Origin: Oscillospiraceae bacterium
GTDB taxonomy: Bacteria > Bacillota > Clostridia > Oscillospirales > Oscillospiraceae
Direction of reading: 5' to 3'
Length of the DNA stretch: 64,000 nucleotides
NCBI GenBank assembly: GCA_021770845.1
Contig: JAETQF010000011.1
Coordinates: 17,637 to 81,636, forward strand
The notes under the pieces were generated by a model. It saw only the letters and a list, made by a program, of their open reading frames with translations, was not told the origin of the DNA and did no database searches. Both the position numbers and the translations under genes were made by a program. Of the stretch, positions 10,772 to 19,121 are shown piece by piece. The first letter of the stretch is position 1. Each line of letters starts with the position of its first letter.

Positions 10772-11265
10772 GTATGTATCGAATCGCGGTGATCACCGCC
10801 AGCGACCGCTGCGCGGCGGGAGAGCGGCAGGATTTGAGCGGCCCCGCCGTGGAGGAGGCCTGCCTGGAGTTTGGGGAGGTGGCCTCCCGCAAGCTGCTGC
10901 CCGACGACCGGGCCGCCATCAGGGAGGAGCTGATCCGGCTGTGCGAGGAAGACCTGGCGGACGTGGTGTTCACCACAGGCGGGACAGGTTTTTCGCCCAG
11001 GGATGTGACGCCGGAGGCCACGCTGGACGTGGTGGAGCGTCTGGCCCCGGGCATACCGGAGGCCATGCGGGCTTACAGCGCCCAAAAGACGAATCGGGCC
11101 ATGCTGTCCCGGGCGGCGGCGGGCATCCGGGGAAGGACGCTGATTGTCAACCTGCCGGGCAGTCCCAAGGCGGTGCGGGAGTGTCTGGAGGCCATCCTGC
11201 CGGCCCTGGGGCACGGCTTAGATATTTTGAGACAGCGTGAGGGGAACTGTGGAGCAGTAGAATAA
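10768..11265 (+). CDS. mogA: molybdopterin adenylyltransferase MogA/MoaB
   Basis: ITASD, TTGGTG, RDVTPEAT, LSR, NLPGSP. Confidence 0.92.
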   Translation: MSMYRIAVITASDRCAAGERQDLSGPAVEEACLEFGEVASRKLLPDDRAAIREELIRLCEEDLADVVFTTGGTGFSPRDVTPEATLDVVERLAPGIPEAMRAYSAQKTNRAMLSRAAAGIRGRTLIVNLPGSPKAVRECLEAILPALGHGLDILRQREGNCGAVE

Positions 11266-11330
11266 AGGGGAACGGCGGGGCGCAGGGATCACGGAGGCCA
11301 GGGACAAAGAATATACAGGAGGGGACAGAA

Positions 11331-12530
11331 ATGATAAAAGTATTCTGCCGAATTTATCAGTTTGCAGCAACGGGCATGATGGCCCTGCTGCCGTGGAGGA
11401 TGCCGGAGAAGATCGAGGGGGCGGGTTCCATCAAGCGCCTGCCGGGGCTGATCCGGGAAAAGGGGTTCCAAAAGGTTCTTGTAGTCACCGATCGGGGCCT
11501 CATGGGCCTGCACCTGCTGGACGGGCTATTTCAAGCGCTGGAGGAGCAGAAGATCGCCTATTCCGTCTATGATGCGGTGGAGCCCAACCCCACGGAGATC
11601 AATGTAGAGCAGGGCTTGTCCCTGTACAGGGACAACCAGTGCCAGGCCATCGTCGCCTTTGGCGGCGGGTCACCCATGGACTGCGCCAAGGGCATTGCCG
11701 CCCGGATCGCCCGGCCCAACAAGACCGTTGTACAGATGCAGGGACAGTTCACCGTGCGAAAGGAGACTCCCGTCATTTTTGCCGTGCCCACCACCGCCGG
11801 AACCGGCTCGGAGACCACTGTGGCGGCAGTCATCACGGAGTCCTCCACCCACCACAAGGCGTCCATCAACGATATCCCGCTGATGCCCAAATACGCAGTG
11901 CTGGATCCTGAGCTGACCGTGGGCCTGCCGCCCAAGGTCACCGCCACAACGGGGATGGACGCCCTGTGCCACGCGGTGGAGGCGTACACAAACCACAAGT
12001 ATAATTCGGCCCTTGAAAACGACCTGAGCAAAAAAGCGGTCAAGCTGGTGTATGACAATCTCTATACCGCCTACTGCAACGGCAGCAACATCGATGCCCG
12101 CCATAATATGCAGCTGGCGGCGTTTTACGCGGGCCGGGCCTTTACCCGTGGGTGTGTCGGATATGTGCACGCCATCGGGCATACCCTGGGTGGCCTGTAC
12201 GGCACGCCCCATGGACTGGCCATGTCCATCCTCCTGCCCCACGTGATGAGGCGGTTTGGAAAGGCGGCGTGGAAGCGCCTGGCGGAGCTGTGTGACGTGT
12301 GCGGCATCCCGGCTGAGGGCAATACGGAACAGGCGAAGGCGGAGGCCTTTATCGGCTGGATCGAGGAACTCAAGCGGAAGATGGACATTCCGGAGTACCC
12401 CACTATGATCAAGAAGGAGGATCTGCCGCAGATCATCAGCTGGGCGTGCGCGGAGGCCAACCCCCTCTATCCTACCCCGCAGTGCTGGAACAAAAAGGAT
12501 ATGCGGGCCTTCCTGGAGAGCATGATATAG
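11331..12530 (+). CDS. iron-containing alcohol dehydrogenase
   Basis: GGGSPMD, PTTAGTGSE, DALCHAVE, HAIGH, HG metal ligands. Confidence 0.92.
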   Translation: MIKVFCRIYQFAATGMMALLPWRMPEKIEGAGSIKRLPGLIREKGFQKVLVVTDRGLMGLHLLDGLFQALEEQKIAYSVYDAVEPNPTEINVEQGLSLYRDNQCQAIVAFGGGSPMDCAKGIAARIARPNKTVVQMQGQFTVRKETPVIFAVPTTAGTGSETTVAAVITESSTHHKASINDIPLMPKYAVLDPELTVGLPPKVTATTGMDALCHAVEAYTNHKYNSALENDLSKKAVKLVYDNLYTAYCNGSNIDARHNMQLAAFYAGRAFTRGCVGYVHAIGHTLGGLYGTPHGLAMSILLPHVMRRFGKAAWKRLAELCDVCGIPAEGNTEQAKAEAFIGWIEELKRKMDIPEYPTMIKKEDLPQIISWACAEANPLYPTPQCWNKKDMRAFLESMI

Positions 12531-12753
12531 TCAAAGCATTTGAAATCGCAAGCCGATTGTTAAGGCTTTGCCTATGAAGTACAACAGGGGCCGCTTTTCG
12601 GCCCTGCGGCGCAAATGCGATGCAGGCTTCAACTTTTTCGTGCTTGCTTCCCCCTCGCTTTTTTTGACTTCCTCGGCCTTCTCGGTTTGGACTCAGGCCG
12701 CTTGACCACGCCGTTTCTGAAATACGTGTCCTCAAATCTCTCAAAGAAAACAA

Positions 12754-12795
12754 ATAATCCGAACCCATCTCCTTTCGGAAAAAGGTTCGGATTAT
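12754..12795. repeat. perfect 12-bp inverted repeat, possible mobile-element end scar
   Basis: ATAATCCGAACC...GGTTCGGATTAT near the GC-content transition. Confidence 0.55.
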
Positions 12796-12845
12796 CTGGG
12801 TTTGGCACAATGTGGGAAAATCACTATCCGGAATTCCACGCAATA

Positions 12846-12967
12846 GCCGCCCGCAGGGCGGCCCCACCCGCGAGCCCAGCGCAGCGGGTCGCGGGTGGAA
12901 GCGAAGAAATACCCTGCATAGCGCAGTTTTCGGCGAAGCCGGAAACAGAGCGGTGCAGGGTATTTCT
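12846..12967. repeat. structured REP-like intergenic element
   Basis: Stacked hairpins GCCGCCC/GGGCGGC, CCACCCGCGA/TCGCGGGTGG, AGAAATACCCTGCA/TGCAGGGTATTTCT with an inner GGCGAAGCC. Confidence 0.6.
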
Positions 12968-13000
12968 GAGTGTCTTATGTTGACAAAAAAGATGCGCCGT

Positions 13001-16000
13001 TTAACTCTGCTCCAACAAATCGGTCAGCGGCTGAATCGACAGTGGATACATCCGATATACAGCATCCCAAATATCCAGGCATCGTTTTATAACACCCGCA
13101 TCGTCTTTCCCAAAACGGAACAGCTGAACTACACAAAAAATCAAGTCATCAACATGGTATCGCGGGATAAACTGTTGTTGTTCCGAAAGGGGGGCACAAC
13201 ATGCAAACAAAATCTCTGCATAATCTTTTGCATCTATATGGGTTGTCTTCAAATAGTGCAAAACATCCCCTACAATTATACTACTATATTCCTTTCCAAG
13301 CAGTTCAACTATAAAGTTTCGGTCCCGTGGAATTTCAAGACGTTCATTATGAAACAGCAAACTAAGAGATGGAAGTTTTTGGCTTTTCTCCATTAGCCAC
13401 TGCAGAAGCTGCTGACAATATACACGGGCTTCGTCATATTGATAATGAATGACAGCTTGATGGCAGATTACGTTTTTCTGCTGCTCATTGAACAACAGGG
13501 ATACGAATTCCTCTAAGCTCCACTGTCCCATAATAACCAAAGTGGCAGCCATTTCAGTGGCATATTTCTTCAAGTCTTCAATGGGAGATTGCATAGCAGT
13601 TTTTAACCGTTCAGCGTAAAATTCGGATTCGGTGTTATAAAAAAGGCATAAAAGATCCCAGGCTTGTCTGGCACCGAGCACACGTAAATCTCTTGCAAAC
13701 AGCCTATCAAACAGACTTTTGGAAAACGTTTTATCAATATTATACCAGGCAACGGCACAGTGAAGAACCGAGAACAATACAGCAGGATTTTCATCTTCAA
13801 CAGAGTGTTTCAAAACCACTTTAAACCGATCGGCGTATTCTGTATGTTCCCATAAAAGCGCTGCGATTGCATCAACTGCACATCCTCGGGCACAATTCGC
13901 AGAGTTTTGAAGCAAGTCATCGCAGCATAGATTGGCATTGCTTTTTCCAAAATGAAGATGGGAAGAGTCAGGTTCCGGGTCCGCATGACAGCAAGCGATT
14001 TTGATTAAGTTTTGTAAAATATCAGATGGCCAATCTTCCTCTGCTCGTTCATATAATACATATGAAAACGAAATCGCCATTTGTGCGGATGGATTTCTGC
14101 AAAACCGCCGCAATACTTCACAAGTCAATGGTAGCGGTACTTCCGGGGAAGTAATTGCGCTCACAATTGCATCGACAAACCCAAGATTAACATTTGATGG
14201 GAAATGTAAGGAAAGTGCAGCAAAACGAACAGGCTCTTTTTTTGAGGCCGTTGACAAGCTGCGTGCAAACATGGATGGTGTAGATTCTACTCCTTTCTCC
14301 CAATTTCTCATGCTCCTATCAGGCGGATTTGTACTCATTCGGGCAATTAATTTCAGCCAGCTTTTATCACGGATTCGATCAATATGTCCGTCAATGGGCG
14401 AAGAAACAACATGCGCCATACCTATATGGGGTATTTTAAATTTTGGAGGATCTTCTGGGAATCTTCGAAATAGAACCCCGCATAATTCTTTTGTTCGGTT
14501 GGCTATTCTTTTATGATCCAACGCAGGGAGCAGTATTCTTTGCAAATCACCCCAAAAGGAGCCATAATAATTTCCGCCTCCTTCAACTTTATGACAGGCT
14601 ATCCGATCCTGGTAAGCAGCCAGCATAGTTTTTCTATTGGGACTCCACCGAGTGAGGAACTGCTCCAAGCGGGTGAATGTAGTTATACTACAATGAGGTG
14701 AAAAACGCTGAATGATTCGCCTACAACAGGCGAGTTGACTATTCTCAAAGCTGGTTTCATCAAATGCTCGTTCATCAAAATCCTCCAGCAACCAATCAAA
14801 TACCTCATCCGCCTTGTGCAGTGGCAGGTATTCGATTGCATGGAGAAACAATTCCGGCTTAATGGGAGATTCCACTTGTGCAAAAAAAGACAAACGATGG
14901 AAAAATTGTTCCGGCATTTCTCCTGCTTCTTTATTCAGTGCATCCTGTATCAACCGAACGATTAGACGTTCCGCAGATACATGGCGTCCCGCTTCCACCC
15001 ATTCGCTTCGATATTGTTTTGCGCTCTCCCGAGCCGCAGTTTCCAGCACAAACGTCAGCAGTTCATCGAGTACCTGAGAATAATACTGGCCGGCATACTT
15101 TTTCAATACAGTTTCATCTGGAATTTGCACGTGTTCTCGTTTATCCGGCTTTAGGGCAACCCATGCTTTCATAACAGGAATTGCTTGGGCATAGCCATGA
15201 GACAACAGGTCATATAAACCAAAATCGCGCAAGAGGACATCGGCATGGTTAATCAGTAGCTGTATTCGGAGAGAAAATATCTGTGTGGACGGGATTGTAG
15301 AGATTCTCGCAATGTCAAACAGTTCGTTCACTGTCATAGAATTTGCGTTTTGAAGGATTATCCACGCAAGTTCCGGGTCAGCCTGAACAATGGATTTCAG
15401 CAGATCCCGGCCTTCTTGCTTATACCAAGGATAAGAAGAGCATTGCTCTGCAAGCAGCCGGATAAACGCGGGATGTCCCCAAAATACTGTCCGAATGATT
15501 TGAGAACGCCATTCACTCTCATCAAAATAGGCTGCCAGCAGTTTCCAATGTTCCTGATTCGGAGTCGGTAGCTGTCCTAACACCTCAAAGGCGCAGCAGC
15601 GAAAATAATATCGAATATCAGGGGCGTCCAAAAGGCCACGGCACTCTTTCAGAAACATGTTTTCATCAAATTCCGACAGATATTGCAGTAGCATAAGCAG
15701 CTGATAGCGAACATCCGGGGTCTGCTTATCCATATTTCCAATCAGCGAAGGAAGATGCTTTCCTTGGAAAATACGGTTTAAATCATCTACAACCAGAGCA
15801 TAGTCCCAAAAGCTTTGATGGCAGAAGCATACACTCTTTTCATCTTTTTTTAGCACACCGCAAGAAACCAATGCATCTAACGGCTTCTGATCTTTAAAAA
15901 GCAGTATCGGTGCAAAAAGCGTTTCCTGATTTCGCATATAGGTAACCAGGCGGTCACGGCAGTCTGCCACCACAGTAGCGTCCACTCCCATATTGCAACA

Positions 16001-17479
16001 TTCTGACAATATCTGTTTCCACCATGCGTCCATCAACTGGAATAGAGAGGTAACGTTGTTCTTTTCCTCTCCCGTGATCCTGGACCAGACATATAGGCTT
16101 GAGGGAGTGCGAAGGAGTTCCTTTAGCCGTAAAGACAGTTTTGGATACACTTCCCCAATGACTTCTTGAACATCTGCATCGGACAGCGGACCGATGGTAA
16201 CCTTTTCCCATGTGATTTGGTTTTCTTGAGTGTTTGCGGAAGACTCTAACAGGTTTTGCAGTCCCAGGTCGGTTTCGTAGTCAAATGACCGGACGGCAAA
16301 AATGCAGCTGATTTTCCCGTTTTCCCAACGGTTAAACTGTTCAGCTTGTTGGATTATGGCCTTGCAAACATCTAACATGGAGGAAGTCCGGCTGTTAGTC
16401 CAGCGCAAAGCGTCGAGTTGATCAAAGATCAGCACACACCGCTGTTCCCCGGCGATGCGGAACAAGGCAGCCGACGGGGAATCCGGCAGTCCCAGAGACC
16501 GACCATATTGATCCGCCAACTGTGCTGGCTGGCTTTTATCCAACGAGAGCGCCAGATGTGGAACATCTTGCTTTTCCAATGCCTGGATAACTTCCTGGAG
16601 GCAACCACTTTTTCCGGTTCCGGCAGAACCTAACACAATGACGGATGTACCCGCGAGAACATGCCGCAATACTTCGTCGGTTTCCGTTCGATGAATCAGG
16701 TCAGGACCAATCGTTAGAAAACGTCCTGCATAGGCGCGATTCAATTGTTGAATGCGAGGCAACCAGCGAGTATCTTGTCCTAAAATACGTTGGTGGATTC
16801 CTTGTCGCTTCAGCCAGGCAACAACGTTGGATGCATAAATCGGTTTTCCCCAATATGCCTGATCGTTCGAAAAACGCTCCAGCAAAATGCGGATTGTAGT
16901 TGTAGAATGGGTAGTATCTTCGACAAATAGCAGAGATATCAAACTTTCCAATCCCCGCCGATGCTCCTCACCCATAGGTTCCAGCTCAAAATAGCATCGT
17001 GATAAGAGATGTACCAGCGACGTTCCTGTTTCATGAAACTCTATCTCACAATGGCTCATCCATTTTCGAAGAGACTGGTTCGTTACTTGCTCCGCAAAGA
17101 ACTCATCCACATTGTGACAGTTTCTGGCCCGATTACACAAAGTATCCAATTCATCATAGGGCACCGGAGAAATAAAGTAGTAAGCGTGATTTTGGTTGCT
17201 CAAAATATGCTTTTTGGCTTGCTTAAATACCGAATGGCGATTTAGATCCTGGGGGTTCCATTTTGTGTTTACCCCATTTGATCCCTTACATTGATAATAT
17301 CTGCGTTCTCCATCCGGCGCCGTCGCAACAAATTCAACGCCTTCTCCCTCTGAACCCAAAGGCTCAACTTCAATTGTTATAAGCTTTTCCAGGAGCAAAT
17401 CCAATATTAATTTTGCAAAGAACCGATCTTCGTATCGGTTCCCATCCTTATCTCCTCGCCCACCACGTTCAAAGCTCAT
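13001..17479 (-). CDS. Avs (AVAST)-like anti-phage protein: N-terminal PD-(D/E)xK-type nuclease, STAND NTPase, long helical sensor region
   Basis: GGRGDKDGNRYE...EGVEF...YYQCK; Walker A GSAGTGKS; Walker B LIFDQLD; LLRTP; FCHQSFWDY; AT-rich; GGAGG RBS before ATG 17479. Confidence 0.72.
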   Translation of the reverse strand: MSFERGGRGDKDGNRYEDRFFAKLILDLLLEKLITIEVEPLGSEGEGVEFVATAPDGERRYYQCKGSNGVNTKWNPQDLNRHSVFKQAKKHILSNQNHAYYFISPVPYDELDTLCNRARNCHNVDEFFAEQVTNQSLRKWMSHCEIEFHETGTSLVHLLSRCYFELEPMGEEHRRGLESLISLLFVEDTTHSTTTIRILLERFSNDQAYWGKPIYASNVVAWLKRQGIHQRILGQDTRWLPRIQQLNRAYAGRFLTIGPDLIHRTETDEVLRHVLAGTSVIVLGSAGTGKSGCLQEVIQALEKQDVPHLALSLDKSQPAQLADQYGRSLGLPDSPSAALFRIAGEQRCVLIFDQLDALRWTNSRTSSMLDVCKAIIQQAEQFNRWENGKISCIFAVRSFDYETDLGLQNLLESSANTQENQITWEKVTIGPLSDADVQEVIGEVYPKLSLRLKELLRTPSSLYVWSRITGEEKNNVTSLFQLMDAWWKQILSECCNMGVDATVVADCRDRLVTYMRNQETLFAPILLFKDQKPLDALVSCGVLKKDEKSVCFCHQSFWDYALVVDDLNRIFQGKHLPSLIGNMDKQTPDVRYQLLMLLQYLSEFDENMFLKECRGLLDAPDIRYYFRCCAFEVLGQLPTPNQEHWKLLAAYFDESEWRSQIIRTVFWGHPAFIRLLAEQCSSYPWYKQEGRDLLKSIVQADPELAWIILQNANSMTVNELFDIARISTIPSTQIFSLRIQLLINHADVLLRDFGLYDLLSHGYAQAIPVMKAWVALKPDKREHVQIPDETVLKKYAGQYYSQVLDELLTFVLETAARESAKQYRSEWVEAGRHVSAERLIVRLIQDALNKEAGEMPEQFFHRLSFFAQVESPIKPELFLHAIEYLPLHKADEVFDWLLEDFDERAFDETSFENSQLACCRRIIQRFSPHCSITTFTRLEQFLTRWSPNRKTMLAAYQDRIACHKVEGGGNYYGSFWGDLQRILLPALDHKRIANRTKELCGVLFRRFPEDPPKFKIPHIGMAHVVSSPIDGHIDRIRDKSWLKLIARMSTNPPDRSMRNWEKGVESTPSMFARSLSTASKKEPVRFAALSLHFPSNVNLGFVDAIVSAITSPEVPLPLTCEVLRRFCRNPSAQMAISFSYVLYERAEEDWPSDILQNLIKIACCHADPEPDSSHLHFGKSNANLCCDDLLQNSANCARGCAVDAIAALLWEHTEYADRFKVVLKHSVEDENPAVLFSVLHCAVAWYNIDKTFSKSLFDRLFARDLRVLGARQAWDLLCLFYNTESEFYAERLKTAMQSPIEDLKKYATEMAATLVIMGQWSLEEFVSLLFNEQQKNVICHQAVIHYQYDEARVYCQQLLQWLMEKSQKLPSLSLLFHNERLEIPRDRNFIVELLGKEYSSIIVGDVLHYLKTTHIDAKDYAEILFACCAPLSEQQQFIPRYHVDDLIFCVVQLFRFGKDDAGVIKRCLDIWDAVYRMYPLSIQPLTDLLEQS

Positions 17480-17652
17480 GGAACAACCTCCCGCTTTCAT
17501 TTGCGAAGTGCATTTTTTAATATTATATCAGATAATCTTTGGTGAGGGTAGTAGCAATTGGATGTGTTTTCCTCTGCATTGCGTGTTTCAGGTGACGATA
17601 TGACAATTTCATGGTATGCTGGCTTTGCTATCTGTTAAGGAGGAATTAAATT

Positions 17653-18792
17653 ATGTACCTAAGTGCAGAAGAAAAGCAAGCATTAGTATCTCGTTACCAC
17701 GCAGGAGAATCTGTGGCAGAAATCTGCGCCGACACTGGTGTGGCAAGAAGCACTTTCTATACTTGGATCAGACCCTATACAACGACCATAACAGACTCAG
17801 GTCATGTGGTCAGCCAGCAGGAATTTATCAAGATGAAGCAACGAATCCGAAAGCTGGAGCAAAAAGTTGAGATTCTGCAAAAGGTAAGCTGTACTGCGTC
17901 CGCCCCGCTTCAGGAAAAATTACAGGAACTTTCCAAATTGTATGGTCAGTACAGTGTCCATGCACTGTGCGAGGCTCTCTGTGTTTCCCGTGGTACTTTC
18001 TATAACCACATCTTCCGAAGAAAAGAAGTGACTGCTTATGACAAACGAAAGTCCGAAATGAGAAAGCACATCAAAGCGGTTTTTGATGAAAGTCACCAGC
18101 GATTTGGCGCAAATAAAATCGCCGCAGTATTATCTACACAAGGAATTTCCACCTCACCTAAATATGTTCGGGAACTGATGCAGGAGATGGGCCTGCAAAG
18201 CATTACTCGATATTCCAAACGCGACTATCAAAAAGGGAAGCGGCTGGCCAAAAAGCAGAATGTTCTCCAACGGCAGTTCAAAGCAGATGAGCCAAATCGA
18301 GTCTGGGTCAGCGATGTGACCTGTTTTAAAATCAATGACAAATATCTATACATCTGTGTGATTCTTGACCTTTTTTCAAGAAAGGTAGTGGCTTACAGAG
18401 TATCCCCTAAGAACAGTACCTATTTGATCACATCAACATTCCGGCAAGCATATCAAAACAGAAATGCTCCTCAGTCTCTGATGTTCCACAGTGATCAGGG
18501 GGCACAATATACTTCTAAGACTTTCTGCAAGCTGTTACGCATGAACAAGGTTGTCCAATCTTTTTCTGCTCCAGGCCAGCCTCATGACAATGCTGTCATG
18601 GAGTCTTTTTTCTCTTTCATGAAGCGAGAAGAAATCTATCGTACACATTACAAATCCGAGCAGCAGTTCGCAAAAAGTGTCGATAATTACATAGAATTTT
18701 ACAATACTCAACGACCGCATAGTACACTTAATTATAAAACGCCAGATCAATTTGAGGCGATCTATGAAGTTAAAAAGAAATACGTAGACTAA
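17653..18792 (+). mobile_element. IS3-family transposase, single fused ORF (HTH + DDE/rve)
   Basis: N-terminal HTH (SVAEIC..GVARSTFYTW); WVSDVT, FHSDQG, DNAVMESFF catalytic triad; YNTQRPHSTL. Confidence 0.9.
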
Positions 18793-18989
18793 TTAGGCAA
18801 AGGGTTCAAAAGCCGCCATTTCTAATTTTTTGACTCTGAATTTCAGCTTTTTTGACATCAGGTGTCCATTTTTGCGGATAATGAATCAACACCGAAAAGC
18901 CTGACAGCGCAAGGCTTTTCGGGATAAAATAGGGGTAGGAGCATTGCACAGTCCAATAAAACTGTTCAATACTCCTACCCTAATTCACT

Positions 18990-19077
18990 TGGTGCCGGTG
19001 GTGGGACTCGAACCCACACGGGGGATTAGCCCAACGGATTTTGAGTCCGTCACGTCTACCAATTCCATCACACCGGC
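18990..19077 (-). tRNA. tRNA-Leu(CAA)
   Basis: GCCGGTG acceptor stem, anticodon arm ACGGA-CTCAAAA-TCCGT, long variable arm, GGTTCGAGTCC, encoded CCA; TTGCGC-17-TATAAT promoter upstream. Confidence 0.96.
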
Positions 19078-19121
19078 GCGCAGGAGGTATTATACTACAT
19101 TCCTCCCCAAAGCGCAAGGGG

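Larger units (their letters stand above)
12990..18989. mobile_element. AT-rich genomic islet at the tRNA-Leu 3' end
   Basis: Abrupt drop in GC relative to flanks; contains a defence gene and a transposase; abuts the tRNA CCA end; left boundary approximate. Confidence 0.7.

Noticed and set aside
12530-13000. Direct repeat of the tRNA-Leu 3' end marking the islet's far boundary
   Set aside because: No copy of TGGTGCCGGTGGTGGG found here by eye, so the left boundary is inferred only from composition
12472-13396. ORF-track calls at 12472-12867, 12615-12983 and 12812-13396
   Set aside because: They overlap hairpin repeats or the antisense of the defence gene; no RBS or protein motifs
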